A program made the position numbers and the translations under genes. 64,000 nucleotides of DNA from Mobula hypostoma (taxonomy: Eukaryota), in contig NC_086097.1 in NCBI RefSeq assembly GCF_963921235.1, positions 196,666,001 through 196,730,000 of the forward strand. Direction: 5' to 3'. The notes beneath the pieces were generated by a model. That model was given only the letters and a program-made list of their open reading frames with translations, was not told the origin of the DNA and searched no databases. Below, piece after piece: positions 39,861 to 54,360 of the stretch (the stretch's first letter is position 1; each line of letters starts with the position of its first letter).

Positions 39861-40289
39861 TTTCCGATCCAAAGTTCTGACTCCCCAACAATCATAAGTT
39901 CAGTGTTTATTCTAATATTTCATGAAAGTTAAGTAAATTTAGTTAAATAACAGCTCCATCTTACTCAGTTTCATTTTAGATCACATGAGTCCATTATACA
40001 AATTTCACATTTTTAATCCTTAAAGTTACCTCAAGCCATTCATAAAATGTTAAGGCCATTTCCAAAGTATCATTGTCAGTTAACCCATTACCCACCAAAT
40101 GTCTGCCGTGTCATCTAAAAAATTTCATTAACAAGTCCTACAATTTCTTTGAAAACTAGACACCTGGAAATAATTACAAAGCAGCAATCCAATTAAGTTT
40201 CACAGACAACATACCAACAGCTCAAGTAAAACTTGTATGGCTTATAGTAGACCAAAGATCTGAATTTCCCTTTACGTTCTTGCCGGACA

Positions 40290-41160
40290 AAAAGAAGATG
40301 GCGCCAGCGAACAATGCTACCAAAGGCAACATCCTCAAATTGGGTCATGAAACAACACTCCTTGCACTTCTTCTACATCTTCTTTAATTCAGATGTGGTT
40401 CTTCTACTGTTGCAGCCTGTCATCTACACTCTAGCAGTATGTTTTCAGGCTGATCGGGCAATTTGGTGTTTTGCTGTCTCTGAGAGGGTTCCATGAGGCT
40501 GCAAGCAAAGCATGTGGCATGGAGGTCAGGAAGTCAGGAGACAGGGCGTGAGCCCATGATCGACTCCATCTCTCACCGATTAAAGCACCAAGGAAGATTG
40601 AAACTGTCAAGACTTGTGCGGAGGACGAGCGAGTGTTCAGCACCGTCCACTAGCCTCTCAGTTGCTGCTGCTGGAGGAAGGTGGCTTCATGTGACGGTGT
40701 CTCTCTCCCTCTCGCTCATTGCACCCAAGCGAAGACGCCTGCTTTTGAATGATCTTTTTCTCTTTCCCTCTCTCGATGCTGTCAGGGGATGGTGCCAGAA
40801 CAAAGTTTAATCAAGGCGGTTTGTGCATTGTGGACGCTACTTCACGTATGACGTGTTTCTAGTTTTTCTGGTTGCTCTTTTGTTTTTTTGATAGCTTAGA
40901 TGATTTTGAATCAGGGCAGCCTGCAGATAATGAACACTGACCTGAACTGAATATGCCTTTTGATTCTGTGTTTTTATATTCTGTGTTTTCGGTCTTTTTT
41001 TGTTGCTATTTGCATAATTTGCTTTTTTTCGCACATGGGGGGGGTTGATTTTTTTATATGGGAACGTTCTCCATGTTTCGTGGTTGTCTGTGGTGAAGAC
41101 GAATCTCAGAGTTGTATATTGCATATATACTTTGATAATAAATGTAAATGTACTTTGAAA
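40290..41160 (+). mobile_element. Probable non-autonomous retroposon with Rex1/Babar-type 3' tail
   Basis: Non-coding body starting AAGATGGCGCC; ends GAATCTCAGAGTTGTATA...TACTTTGATAATAAATG..TACTTTGAA like the Rex tails. Confidence 0.5.
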
Positions 41161-41691
41161 TGCTGGTCAAATTGATTTCTTTAATCCAAAATATTGACAG
41201 AGGATAGCAGATTAGTGCATTAGGTACAAGAAATTCGTATTTTTATCTTACTTAGCAATACAGCATGAACTAGGCCCTCAGAGCCATGCTGCGCAACTCC
41301 CGATAAACCCAACTAACCCTAACCTAATCACAGGGCAATTTTCAATAACCAATTAACCCACCCGGTAAGTCTTTGGCCTGCGGTCGTTAAAAACTAAGAA
41401 ATATATATTTTAAAATACAATTGAAGTTTGAGCATCACAAAAGCCAAAGGTTATTGAAATGCACATACACCTTTAAAATAAATTTAAAATGAAACATTGC
41501 TGATTGACTTGCCTTCTCACAACTATACGAGGCATTGTTGAGCATCTGAAGCTTCTATGCTTAAACAAAGAGTAAAATTATCGCCCAAGAAAGGATAGAA
41601 ACTACCTAGAGACAAAAAGGCTTGCTTTAATACTAAAGATTGTGAGAACAATGTAAGTTTTATTTATTTATACTTCGGCATGTGAATATAA

Positions 41692-44600
41692 ACCATAAGA
41701 CATAGGAGCAGAATTAGGCCATGAAACCCGTAGAATTTATTCCAACTTCCATCATGGCTGATTTATAATCCCTATCAACCCCATTTCCTGCCTTCTCTCT
41801 GTAACCTTTGATGCCCTGACTAATCAAAAACCTATCAATCTCTGCTTTAAATGTACCCAATGACTTGGTCTCCACAGCCGTATGTGGCAATGAATTCCAC
41901 AGATTCACTATAGTCTGGCAAAGGAAATTCCTCCTCATCTCTGTTCTTAATAGATGTTCCTCTATTCTGAGGCTGTGCCCTCTGGTCCTAAACTCCCCCA
42001 CCCTAGGAAACATCCTCTCCACATCCACTCTATCTCGATCTTTCAGTATGATATGATTTCCACCACTCCATTTGTCTAAACTCCAATGAGTACAGGCCTA
42101 GAGCCATCTAATGCTCCTTATACATTAAACCTTTCACTTCCTGAATTGTTGTGAACATCTTCTTGACCCCCTCCAATGCCAGCACAACTTTTCATAGATA
42201 AGGGGCCCAAAACTGCTCACAATAATCCAAGTGTGGTTAAAGCCTCAGCATTATATCCTAGTCATCTTGAAACGCATGCTAACATTGCATTTGCTTACCT
42301 TACCACTGACTCACCTTGCAAGTTAACCTTTAGGGAATCCTGCATACTCGACACGAGACTATTACAGCACAGTACAGGCCCTTCGGCCCTCGATGTTGTG
42401 CCAACCCATATATTCCTTTAAAAAAAGTACTAAACCCACACTACCCCGTAACCCTCTGTTTTTCTTTCATCCATGTGCCTGTCCAAGAGGCTCTTAAATA
42501 CCCCTAATATTTTAGCCTCCACCACCATCCCTGGCAAGTCATTCCAGGCACCCACAATCCTCTGTGTAAAAAACCCACCCCTGATGTCTCCCCTAAACTT
42601 CCCTACCTTAACTTTGTACATATGCCCTCTGGTGTTTGCTATTCGTGTCCTGGGAAACAGGTACTGGCTACCCACCATATCTATGCCTCTCATAATCTTG
42701 TAGACCCTTATCAAGTCCCCTCTCATCCTTCTACGCTCCAAAGAGAAAAGTCCCAGCTCTGCTAACCTTGCTTCATAAGACTTGTTTTCCAATCCAGGCA
42801 ACATCCTGGTAAATCTCCTCTGCACCCTCTCCATAGCTTCCACATCCTTCCTATAATGAGGTGACCAGAACTGAACACAATACTCCAAGTGTGGTTTCAC
42901 CAGGGATTTGTGGAGTTGCAACATGTCCTCTCTACTCTTGAACTCAATCCCCCTATTAATGAAGCTGAGCATCCCATAAGCCTTCTTAACTATCCTATCA
43001 ACCTGTGCAGCGATCTTGAGGGATGTATGGATTTGATCCCCAAAGTCCCTCTGTTCATCCACACACTTAAGTAACCGACCATTAAACCTGTACTCAGCCT
43101 TCTGGTTTGTCCTCCCAAAATGCATCACCTCACACTTATCCAATTGAACTCCATCTGCCACTTTTCTGCCCCACTCTGCATCCTGTCTATATCCTCTTGT
43201 AACCTTCGACAACCTACAGCTCCATCCACAACTCCTCCAATCTTCATATCATCCGCAAACTTACTCACCAATCCTTTCGCCTCTTACTCCCAAGTCCCTT
43301 TGCACCTCTGATTTCCGAATTTGCTTCCTGTTTAGAAAATAATCTACACATTTATTCCTTCTACCAAAGTATATGACCATACACTTCCCTGTACTATATT
43401 CCATCTGCTTCTTCTTTGCCCATTCTCCCAATCTGTCTAATTTCTCCTGCAGACTTCCTGCTTCCTCAACATTATTCTCCCCTCCACTTAGCTTCATATC
43501 ATCCACAAACTTGACCACAAAGCCATCAATTCCGTCATCCAAATCATTCACAAATAATGTGAAAAGAAGCGCTCAAAACATCGACCCCTACGGAACACCA
43601 TTAGTCACCAGCAGCCAACCAGAAAAAGTACCCTTTATTCCCACACTTTGTTTCCTGTTAGTCAACCAATCTTCTATCTATGTTAGTATTTTTCCTGTAA
43701 TACCATGGGCTCTTACCTTGCTAAGCAGCCTCATGTGTGGCACCTTGTTAAAGGCCTTTTGAAAATCCAAATAAACAACATCTTCTGTCTCTCTTTTGTC
43801 TATCTTGCCTGTTATTTCCTCAAAGAATTCCAATTTTTTAGACAAGATTTCCACCTTAAGGAACCATGCTGACTTTGGCCATTTTTATCATGTGCCTGCA
43901 AGTACCTTGAAACCTCATCCTATAATTTCCTTTCTTCTACCTCTCTCCCTTCTTGAAGAGTGGAGTGACATTTGCAATTTTCCAGTCCTCTGGAACCATT
44001 CCAGAATCTAGTGATTCTCAAAAGATCATTACTAATGCCTCCACAATCTCATCAGCTAACTCTTTCAGAAACCCGGGGATAATTCATCTGGTTCAGGTGT
44101 CAGATCTGCCTTTAGATCTTTCAGATTCTCAAGCACCTTCTCCTTAGTGATAGCAACTACACTTACTTCTGCTCCCTGACACTCTTGAATTTCTGACACA
44201 CTGTCAGCATCTTCCACAGTGAAGACCGACACAAAATACTTATTAAGTTCATCCACAATTTCCTTGTCCTCCATTACTACTTCTCTCACCTCTCTTTTAC
44301 TCTTTATATATCTGAAACAAACTTTTGGTATCATCTTTTATATTATTGGCTAGCTTACCTTGATAGTTCATCTTTTCTCTCCTTACGGCTTTTTTAGTTG
44401 CCTTCTGTTGGTTTTAAAAGCTTCCCAATCCTCTAACTTCTCACAAATTTTTGCTATATTAGATGCCCACTCTCTTGTGCTTATGCTGTCTTTGGCTTTC
44501 TCTGTCAACCACAGTTGTGTCATCATCCTGAGAAGAGTATCTTTGGGTTGTCTCTGTAATTCCCTTTACTCCACTGTAATTCTGATACATCTGACATTAG

Positions 44601-45840
44601 CTTCTCCTTCTCAAATTTCAGAGTGAATTCTATTATATTATGATAACTGCCTCCCAACAGTTCCTTTACCTTAAGCTCCCTAATCAAATCTGGTGCATTA
44701 CACTTCACCCAATCCTGAATTGTTGTTCCCATAGGCTCAACCACAAGCTTCTTTAAAATATCATTGCTTAGACATTCTACAAATTCTATCCCTTGGGATC
44801 CAACACAACCTGACTTTCCCAATCTACCTGCATATTGAAATCCCCAATGACTATCGCAGCATTGCCCTTTTTACATGCCATTTCTATCTCCTGCTGTAAT
44901 ATGTACATACGTCCTTGCAACTGTTCAGGGCCTTGTATATAACTCCCGTCAAGGACATTTTACCCTTGCTGTTTCTTAACTCTACCCACAAGGATTCTAC
45001 ATCTTCTGATCCTATGTCACCTTTCTCCAAGGATTTGATTTCATTTTTTATCCAAACAGCCACCTTACCCTCTCTGCCGACCTGCCTGTCATTTCAATAT
45101 AAAGTGTATCCTTGAATTTTAGGCTCCCAACTATAATCTTCTTTCTGCCACGACTCAGTAATGTCCACAATGTAATATCTGCCAATCTCTAACTATGCTG
45201 CAAGATCATCCACCTTATTCCGTATACAACTACATTCAAATGTAACACCTACAGTCCTGTATTCATCACCCTTTTGCTCCCATGTCACACTTCAAGTCAT
45301 CCCACTGACTCCAATTTTTCCCTATCATCAACCTGAATTTCCTCTTAATCTCACTATATACTGCAACTACTTGTATACCAACTGCCACATCCTTAGTATT
45401 ATCACTCCAGTTCCCATACCCCTGCCAAATTAGTTTAGTCCCCTTCCCAATAGCTCTAGCAAACTGCCCGCAAGAACATCGGTCCCACTCAGGTTCAGGT
45501 GTAATCCATCCCTTTTGTATAGGTTACATTTTCTGCAGAAGAGATTCCAGTGATTCAGAAATCTGAAACCCTGCCCCATGCACCAATTCCTCAGCCTCAC
45601 ACTCATCTGCCAAATCGTCCTATTCTTGCCCTCACTGACATGTGGCACAGACAGCAATCCAGAGATTACTACCCTTGAAGTCTTGCTTTCCAGCTTTCTA
45701 CCTAACTTCCAATATTCTCTCTTCAGGACCTCCTTCCTTTTCCTATCTATGTTGTTGATAACAATATGTACCGTGAAAATAGGCTGCTCACTCTCCCCTC
45801 TTAGAATGCTGAAGACCCAATCCGAGACATCCCTGAACTT
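41692..45840 (-). mobile_element. CR1 LINE, near full length, with SGNH-esterase-like ORF1 remnant
   Basis: ORF1 piece 45430-45861 (VVISGLLSVP, LYKRDGLHLN); decayed APE and RT; CCATAAGACATAGG tail. Confidence 0.88.
42345..43285 (-). mobile_element. CR1 3' fragment nested in the CR1 above
   Basis: ORF 42430-43212 (LVKPHLEYCVQFWSP, RRRMRGDLI); host resumes ATCCTGCA|...|ACTCCCAAGTCC. Confidence 0.88.
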
Positions 45841-46581
45841 AGCATATCTGAGATTATGCATTCAAAGGCATGCTTTTTTGAAAAATGTGAACTGAATCAA
45901 AAACAGGTGTCATTTTTACTGCTGTAGTACAACTCACAGAACAGTGAAGTAGGTGAGGATAAAGTAATTAACAGCAACAATTTTCCAAAATGCACTGGAA
46001 ATGGTAATTACAGGCATACACCTAAAGAACTAGGGCACTGCAGATGTTACATTTTTACTCAAAGGGGAAAATTGAGAATTGAGGACCTTATAGATTATGG
46101 ATCAATTAGACATTTCGAGGTTATGGGTAAACTTCTTACATCCATATTGCAGGACAAAAATATTCAATATTGATATGATATCGGGTAATCAGGAGTATTC
46201 AGTTATGCTTCCCCATTTCCTGCATTAGGCCTTCAGCTATGCAACTACCAAAATGGAATTTCCTTCCCAAATCTCGTTGCTTCACTACCCTTCTTTTTTT
46301 GTTTTAAGTGATAAATAGATAGACAGATAGATACAAAGAGTCAGTGGTATGGGCATACAATAAATTCTGCACTTTCTGTATCACAAGTAATGTTGTCTTT
46401 CAGATAAGATATTGAACTGAGACCTCATCTACTTTAGAAGTGTACATAAAATAAAAATCCAATGGTACTACTAAAAAAAGCAGGGGACTCTCCCAGCCAA
46501 TATTTAATCCAAAACTAGTATTGCCAAGCCAAAACCAGAGAAACTGCAAATTTACTGCTGCTTGTTGTATTAACTCTATTA

Positions 46582-47570
46582 CCATAGAAACCACAGAAAC
46601 TACAGCACAGAAACAGGCCTTTTGGCCCTTCCTGGCTGTGCCGAACCATTTTCTGCCTAGTCCCACTAACCTGCACACGGACCATATCCCTCCATACACC
46701 TCCCATCCATGCATCTGTCCAATTTATTCTTAAATGTTAAAAAAGAACCCGCATTTACCACCTCATCTGGCAGCTCATTCCATACTCCCCACCACTCTCT
46801 GTGTGAAGAAGCCCCCACTAATGTTCCCTTTAAACTTTTCCCCCCTCACCCTTAACCCATGTCCTCTTGCCTCAGTGGAAAAAGCCTTGCTTGCATTCAC
46901 TCTATCTATACCCATCATAATTTTATATACCTCTATCAAATCTCCCCTCATTCTTCTACGCTCCAGGGAATAAAGTCCTAACCTATTCAACCTTTCTCTG
47001 TAACTGAGTTTCTCAAGTCCTGGCAACATCCTTGTAAACCTTCTCTGCACTCTTTCAACCTTATTTATATCCTTCCTGTAATTTGGTGACCACAACTGAA
47101 CACAATACTCCAGATTCGGCCTCACCAATGCCTTATACAACCTCATCATAACATTCCAGCTCTTATACTCAATACTTTGATTAATAAAGGCCAATGTACC
47201 AAAAGCTTTCTTTACGACCCTATCTACTTGTGATGCCACTTTTAGGGAATTTTGTATCTGTATTCCCAGATCCCTCTGTTCCACTGCACTCCATTACTCC
47301 AGTGCCTTACCATTAACCCTGTATGTTCTACCTTGGTTTGTCCTTCCAATGTGCAACTTGTCTGTATTAAACTCCATCTGCCATTTTTCAGCCCATTTTT
47401 CCAGCTGGTCCAAGTCCCTCTGCAGGTTCTGAAACCCTTCCTCACTGTCTACTACACCTCCAATCTTTGTATCATCAGCAAACTTGCTGATTCAATTTAC
47501 CACGTTATCATCCAGATCATTGATATAGATGACAAATAACAATGGACCCAGCACTGATCCCTGTGGCACC
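46582..47570 (-). mobile_element. CR1 LINE 3' fragment
   Basis: [14 protein letters not shown], KFADDTK; ORF 46775-47284; (CCATAGAAA)n tail. Confidence 0.9.
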
Positions 47571-47662
47571 ATTATTGTATTACCATAAGTGCTCTTTTCT
47601 TGAATTTTTTATATAACTTTACTAAAATTTAGTCTCTTTATGTTATGAGTGCAGACAAAATA

Positions 47663-49140
47663 TAAGCATGAGACATTCTGCAGATGCTGGAAATCCAGAG
47701 CAGCACACACAAAATGCTGGAGGAACTCAGCAGGTCAGGCAGCATCTATGGAAATAGATAAACGGTTGATGTTTCAGACTGAGACTTTTCTTCAGGACCA
47801 GAAAGGAAGGGGGAAGATGCTAGAATAAAAAAGTGGGGGGAAGGAAGGGAGAAAGCTAGAAGGTAATAAGTGAAGCCATGTGGGTGGGAAAGGTAAAGGG
47901 CTGGAGAAAAAGGAATCTGATAGGAGAGGAGAGCAGATCACAGGATGAAGCAAAGGAAAAGGGGACCCAGGGGGAGGTGAAAGATATGTGAGAAGAGGTA
48001 AGAGACCAGAGTGGGGAGTAAAAGAGGGGATGGAGAAGGAAAAATATGTTTACCAGAAGGAAAAATCAATATTCATGCCATTAGGTTGGAGGCTACTCAG
48101 ACAGAACATAAGGTGTTGCTCCTCCCCCCTGATCTCAGCCGGTGGTGTAGTGGCATCAGCACCAGACTTTGAGGCAAATGGTAACAAGTTCAAATGTACC
48201 TGGCCCCATGCACCATCGTGCTGCATAAAGCGTCGAGCTGGCAACTCAGCCTCGTAAAAAGCAGTTGTGCCAAAGAAATGGCACAAATACAAGGCGTGAA
48301 AAGCAACAACAACAACCCCCACCCAGAGGGTGACCTCATTGTGCAACAAGTGAAGGCCATGGACTGACAAGTCAGAAGGGGAATGGGAATCGGAATTAAA
48401 ATGTTTGGCCATGAGGAAGATCCGCTTTTGGTGGATAAAGCAGGGATGCTTGATGAAGTGGTCCCCCAATTTATGACAGGTCTCACCAATGAATAGGAGG
48501 CCACTTCAGGAGCGGCGGACACAATAGATGACCACAGTAAATTCGCAGGTTAAGTGTTGTCTGGAAGGATTGTTTGAGGCCCTGGATGGAGGTGAGGGAG
48601 GCGGTGAAAGGGCAGTTGTAGCACTTTGGTCGTTTGCAAGGATAAGGGACGTATGGAATCACGGGGGGAGCGATCCCTGTGGAAAGCAGGGTGGGAGGCA
48701 GGTAAAGATGTGTTTAGTGGTAGGATCCCTTTGGAGACGGCAGAAATTGCGGAGAGTGATGTGTTGAATGCAGAGGCTCATGGAGTGGTAGATAAGGACT
48801 AGACATTCATTCTTTGGGGCATTTCTCTGTTTTTGTGTATGTTCTCAAAGAAAAAGAATTTCAGGATGTATACTATATACATTTCTCTGACATTAAATGT
48901 ATCTATTGAACCTATTGAGTTCTATCACTGTTAAGGTGGTGGAAAGATGAGGTGAGGACAACATCACCAGTGGAGGAAGGGAAACCCTGTTCTTTGAAGG
49001 AGGACCTGGAAGGGAAAGCCTCATCCTGGGAACTAAAGAAGTAATAAAAGGGAATAGCATGTTTACAGGACAGAGAGTTGGAAGAGGTATAGTCAAGATA
49101 ACCATGGAAATCAGTAGGTCTATAAAAGACATCAGATAGT
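47663..49140 (-). mobile_element. Older Penelope-like element with SINE (~48130-48320) and Rex-tail (~48800-48915) insertions
   Basis: EEQHLMFCLSSLQPNGMNIDFS; FYRPTDFHGYLDYTSS; PLE tail at 47663-47800. Confidence 0.75.
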
Positions 49141-49819
49141 TCTTTAAAGCATCTAAGATAAATTAATGTAAAACAATTTGAATATTGATAAATTGGTTTT
49201 CCTTCCTTGCAACAAATGTATGCAACTTCCACATGAAACACTGAGGCATGACAACAATTTTTCATTAATAGTTATATCTTACTTCCCCAGAGCCTTGTAT
49301 TATTAGGTTCTCTGTAAAGAATTATCTATCTGCATTTAAGCTCTTTCTCACCAATGACTACATTTTGCACTTACGCACTATAACAAAGTCTTGGTGCACA
49401 ACATCATAGGTAACAACTATCGGCTCTAAGTTCCAACATGTTTAGGGCTTCAGACTTCTAGTGCTCTCTGTGTGGAGTTTGCACATTCTCCCTGTGACCG
49501 TGTGGTTTTCCTCCAGATGCTCCAATTTCCTTCCAAATGCCAAAGACTTGCAAATCCACAAATTCATTGGCCCTGTGCATGCCAATATTGTGTAGGTGAG
49601 TGTAGTGGTAGAAATCTACTGAGAGAGGTTACAATATCTCCTTCACAAACCATCAATGGTAGACATATAATATATTCACAAACTAATGCCTCTTCCTTCC
49701 TCAACTTCTCTAACATTCTTACCAGGTTTTAGACCTTATTTATGGACTTAGCAGAGATGCTGAAGTTCAAACAACACATCTTAGTAAAAGTCAGATCAAG
49801 AATTTTTGATTTTGCAGCA

Positions 49820-50960
49820 TGGCAGGATAGATCAGCTAGTTGAGTGGTGTCACATCAATAACCTCAGCAAGACATCAGCAAGATCAAAAAATTGATTGCG
49901 GACTTCAAAAAGAATTTGGGAGAACGCACACCAGTTCTCGTTGAGCGGTCACTGATAGAAAGTGTGAACAGCTTGAAGTTCTCAGATGATCTATCCTGAG
50001 TCTGATACATTCATGCAATTATGAAGAACACATGCCAACTACTCGAGTTTATTAAGAGTTTGAGGAGGTTTGGTAGGTCTCCAAAGACTCTTGCAAATTT
50101 CTATGGATGCATGGTGGAGAACATTCTGACTATTGCAGCACAACCTGGTATACATGCTTCAATGCACAGAATTGAAAGAACATGCAAATGGCAAACGCAA
50201 GAGATTCATTCTGCAGATGCTGGAAATATATAGCAACACACACAAAATGCTGGAGGAACTCAACAGGTCAGACAGCATCTATGGAAAGGAATAAGTCAAC
50301 ATTTCAGGCCGAGACCCTTCGTCAGGACTGGGATCAGGTGCATTGGGTTGTAAGCTCAGACAGCTCCATCAAGGGCGTAACCCTCCCCACCTTTGAGACC
50401 CACCAGGTGGTGTCTCAAGAAGGTGGTATCCATCATCAAAGACTCTCACCATCTGGGACATGCACTTTATTTATCTTACTTTATTTAGAGATACAACATG
50501 TAGCAGGCTCTTCCAGCCCAACGAACCATACCGCCAAGCAACCGACCTATTTGACACTAGCCTCATTACAGTTCAATTTACAATGACCAATGAGCCTACT
50601 AACCGGTACGTCTGTGGACATCCCCACACAGTCACGGAGAGAATGTACAAACTCCTTATAGACAGTGCAGGAACTGAACTCCGAGCTCCAATGCCCCAAG
50701 CAGTAATAGCATTGCACTAACTGCTATGCTACCGTGGTTCTACTGTGGTGGTTATTACAGTTTGCATCTCTTTTCATTATTACCAGCAGGGAAGAAGTAC
50801 ATGAGCCCGAAGACCAACAATCAATGTTTTAGGAACAGCTTTTCCCCCGCACCATCAGATGTCCGAACAGTCCATGAACCCATGAACATAATCTTGTATC
50901 TCATCTTTTGCACAACTTATTTGTTATACCTTGCATTATACTGTTGCCAAAATACAAACT
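49820..50960 (+). mobile_element. Rex1/Babar 3' fragment with nested PLE tail (~50190-50331) and SINE (~50468-50740)
   Basis: FIKSLRRFGRSPKTLANFYGCMVENIL; nested elements match other copies in the window. Confidence 0.7.
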
Positions 50961-51359
50961 GGACAGAAAAATGATTCATCCATAACCTGGCGTTGAGGGA
51001 CAAATACTTGTGATAGCATCAAAATTTTAAAATCAGAGACCTCCAATGTCATGTTCTGCTCATTTCTTATCCACTACATTACAATGCAGCATTAATAAAG
51101 CCAAGTCTCACAGAAAAATTGGAAGTACTGCTCAATTATTCAAAACATTATAATCACATTTCAAAGTAAATGACTCGACATTCGTTTGCTACAGCCATGG
51201 TAAACCTCAGCTATTCTCAACTAGATGAGAAGAGGCACAGCAAAACCACTTTGTATCAAGATCATCCTTACTGAAACTAACTCACAGAATTTCAACTTGC
51301 AGCTGGCCCCAATTAAGTGAAGATATGAAGTTACCAATCTGATCCAATCCCTTTTTATA

Positions 51360-52135
51360 GTCATGGGACAATCCATGCTGACAACAGTACCCACTCATCG
51401 AGATCCAATTTCCTGCCTTCAGCAGCCCAAATTCCTTTAAACCCCACCCCTCCATGTACTCATCCAAATGCTTCTTAAATAATACTTTTGTACCTGCCTC
51501 AACTATGTCATCTGAAAGCTTATCCCATATACTCACCCTCGGCGTGAAAAAGTTGCTCCTCGGCTTCCTTTAAAACCTTTCCTCTCACCCTGGTGGCACA
51601 GTGAGATCAGCGCCGGGCTCGAGAACAGAGGTTCCTGAGTTCGATCCAGTGACAGGCCGCTCCTGAGCGCGCTCTGCATCCGTGCCGGGTTGATGTCGAG
51701 CTTGCAACTCGACCTCATAAAATAAAACACTGCAACCTCTAGTTTAAATTCCTATGCGGAATATTGTGGAGGATCAAATATCCAAACCCAAACCCTAAAA
51801 CTATGCCAACTCCTACCCTGGAGAAAAGACTGTTAGCACCCATCTTAGACACTTCCCCCTCCCCCAATACGTAAATGTTTTTTGCATTCTTTCCAGAATG
51901 ACAGGGTGACCAAAACAGAATGCAGAATACAAAGTGTGGCCTCACCAATGACTTACAAAACTGTAACGTAATGTCGCTGCTCCTATACTCAAGCCCTGGT
52001 GGATGAAGGCCTGCATGCTGGATGCCCTTTTCCACCACACTACCAGTGACACCTCACTTGTACTCCAAAGTCCATTATACTCCATTATAGTATATGTACT
52101 ATGCTAGTTTGACTTTCCAAAATGCATCACCTAAC
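51360..52135 (-). mobile_element. Old CR1 3' fragment
   Basis: KSLVRPHFVFCILFWSP; WDKLSDDIVEAG. Confidence 0.7.
51591..51800 (+). mobile_element. tRNA-head SINE inserted in CR1
   Basis: A-box-like TGGCACAGTGAG, B-box GAGTTCGATCC, (AAACCC)n-like tail, retained CpGs. Confidence 0.65.
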
Positions 52136-54360
52136 AGTGAGCCCTGTTGGGACTTGTCTGCAGAGCAGGAAACTGTGGAATGGAATGACAGTCTCTTGTG
52201 GACTTCACACCAGTTTTAAATAGCAAGCAGGGCCTGTCAGGACTTGTCTAGGAAGCAGGAGATTGCTTGCATTGTTTGTAACATAGCAAGAGCCAATAAA
52301 AAGAAGTAAAATTTAAGCGAAGCAGCCATTATGTGAGTGGGCCAGGGTTAGAGTGGTCAGATTTTGGCTCAACAGGCTTTGGCAGGAACAGGCAGAGGCT
52401 AGAACATAAGCTTGAGAAGTTAAAGCCAATGATAGAATGGTAGTAAAGGCAGTGCAATTCTCCTCCAGTAAAATGTGGGATTGCAGCATACCAAATGGTC
52501 TCGCTGATGACTACATCTGCCGGATGCATATTCAACTTCAGCTACTGACAGACAAGCTCAAAGAACTGAAGCTAGAGCTGGATGTACTCAGGACATCTGG
52601 GAGGCTGAAAACCTCACAGATGAGTCTCTTACTGAGGAGGTAATAGCCAGAATGCAGGCTTCAGATAGCAAATGGGTGACCACCAGGAAAAGTATGGGAT
52701 TAAGCAGTTCATGTGCGGTTCTTCTGTGGCTATTCCTTCTGCAACAAGTATATCCATTGAGTACTACTTGATAACCTATTAAGGCACAGCAGCAGCAGGC
52801 AAGCCAGTGGCACTGTGTGTCAATGAAGCTTAGGAGGGAAGGGGAAACTCAGATAAGGCAATAGTGATAGGAAACTCAATAGTGATAGGAAACTCAAACT
52901 CAAAGTGGATGGACAGGAGATTCTGTAGCCACAAAAGAGACACCAGGATAGTGCATTGCCTCTCATGTGCTTGGGTCCAAGATGTCTCAGAGTGGCCACA
53001 GAATATTCTCAAGAGGGAGGGACAGCAACCAGAGGCCATGGTGTACATTGGCACCAATGAGATAGGTAGAAAGGGAGAAGAGGTCCTGTGTAGCGAGTAT
53101 AGGGAATAGGGAAGAGCAGGACCTCTAATATTGTAATTACTCCCACTGCCAAGTGCTGCTCAGGACAGGAATAGGACGGCAGTACAGATGAATGAGTGAC
53201 TGAGGAATTGATGCAAGAGGCAGAGTTTCCAGCTGGAACCTCTTCTCGGGAAAAGGTGACCTGTACAAAAGGGAAAGGTTGCACCTAAACCGGAGGGGAA
53301 TCGATATCCTGACTGGGAGATTTGCTTTTGCTACTCGGGAGAGTTTCAACTAGTTTAGTAGGCTGGTGGGAACTACAGCACCATGTCAGAAAGTGGAGGG
53401 AAAGCGAGGAAAGTAGACGTCAGGACCAGTAAAAACAGGCAGGAGCAAAGTAATGGATATAACGGGACGGATAGTTTGAAGCATTGTGGGTAAAGGTAGA
53501 ACATAGATAAATACAAGGAACCATGATGTTGTGGCCATTCCAAAGATGTGGTTCAGAGAGGGACAGGAACAAGTGCTTAATGTCCCAGGGATTCGATGTT
53601 TTATAAAATATATAGAGGGAGATAATAGGTGGAGCAGTTGCACTACTAATCAGGGACAATATCACAGCTTAACTCAGAGGAGATATAATGGAGGACTGAG
53701 GCTATAGGGGTAGAATTCAAAAACAGAAAGGGTGCAATCATTCTGATGAGATTGTACTACCAATCCATAATAGCCACTAGGACATTGAGTAACAGACTTG
53801 CAGGCATATTCAAAAAGGTGTAAAAACAATCGGGTAGTTGTCATGGGGAACATTAACTTCCTACGTAGACTGGGACTTTCAGAGTGCACAATTTGTTAGT
53901 GCATCCAGGAGGGTTTCTTCAATATGTAGGTAGTCCAACAAGAGATGGGGCTGTACTGAACTGGTGTTGGTTAATGAGCTTGGCCAGGTGACCAACCTTT
54001 CAGTGGGTAAACAGTTAGGGAATAGTGACCACCAATCTTCAAGTTTTAAGACAGCTATAGATAAGGACAAGTATGGACCTTTATTTATTTATTTATTGAG
54101 ATACAGCATGGAATATGCCATACCAGCTTTTAGAAGAAGCCGCCCACATGGTCACTGGGAGGATGTACAAACTCATTAAAGGAGGAGGCAGGAATTGAAC
54201 CCCGATCACCTGTACTGTTAAGTGTTGTGCTAACCACTACGCTACCATGCCAACCTTGCAGGAGTGTACTAAATTGGAACAGGGCATATTATGTGAGCAT
54301 TAGGCAGGAATGAGGGAGAGTTAATTGGGAACAGCTGTTTTTGGGCAAACCCTCATCTGA

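Noticed and set aside
38431..39891. 486-aa ORF as an active or domesticated gene
   Set aside because: 5'-truncated CR1 ORF2; the start lies outside the element and the RT is frameshifted downstream
51591..51660. tRNA gene
   Set aside because: A/B boxes continue into a SINE body inserted in CR1; I could not build a clean cloverleaf
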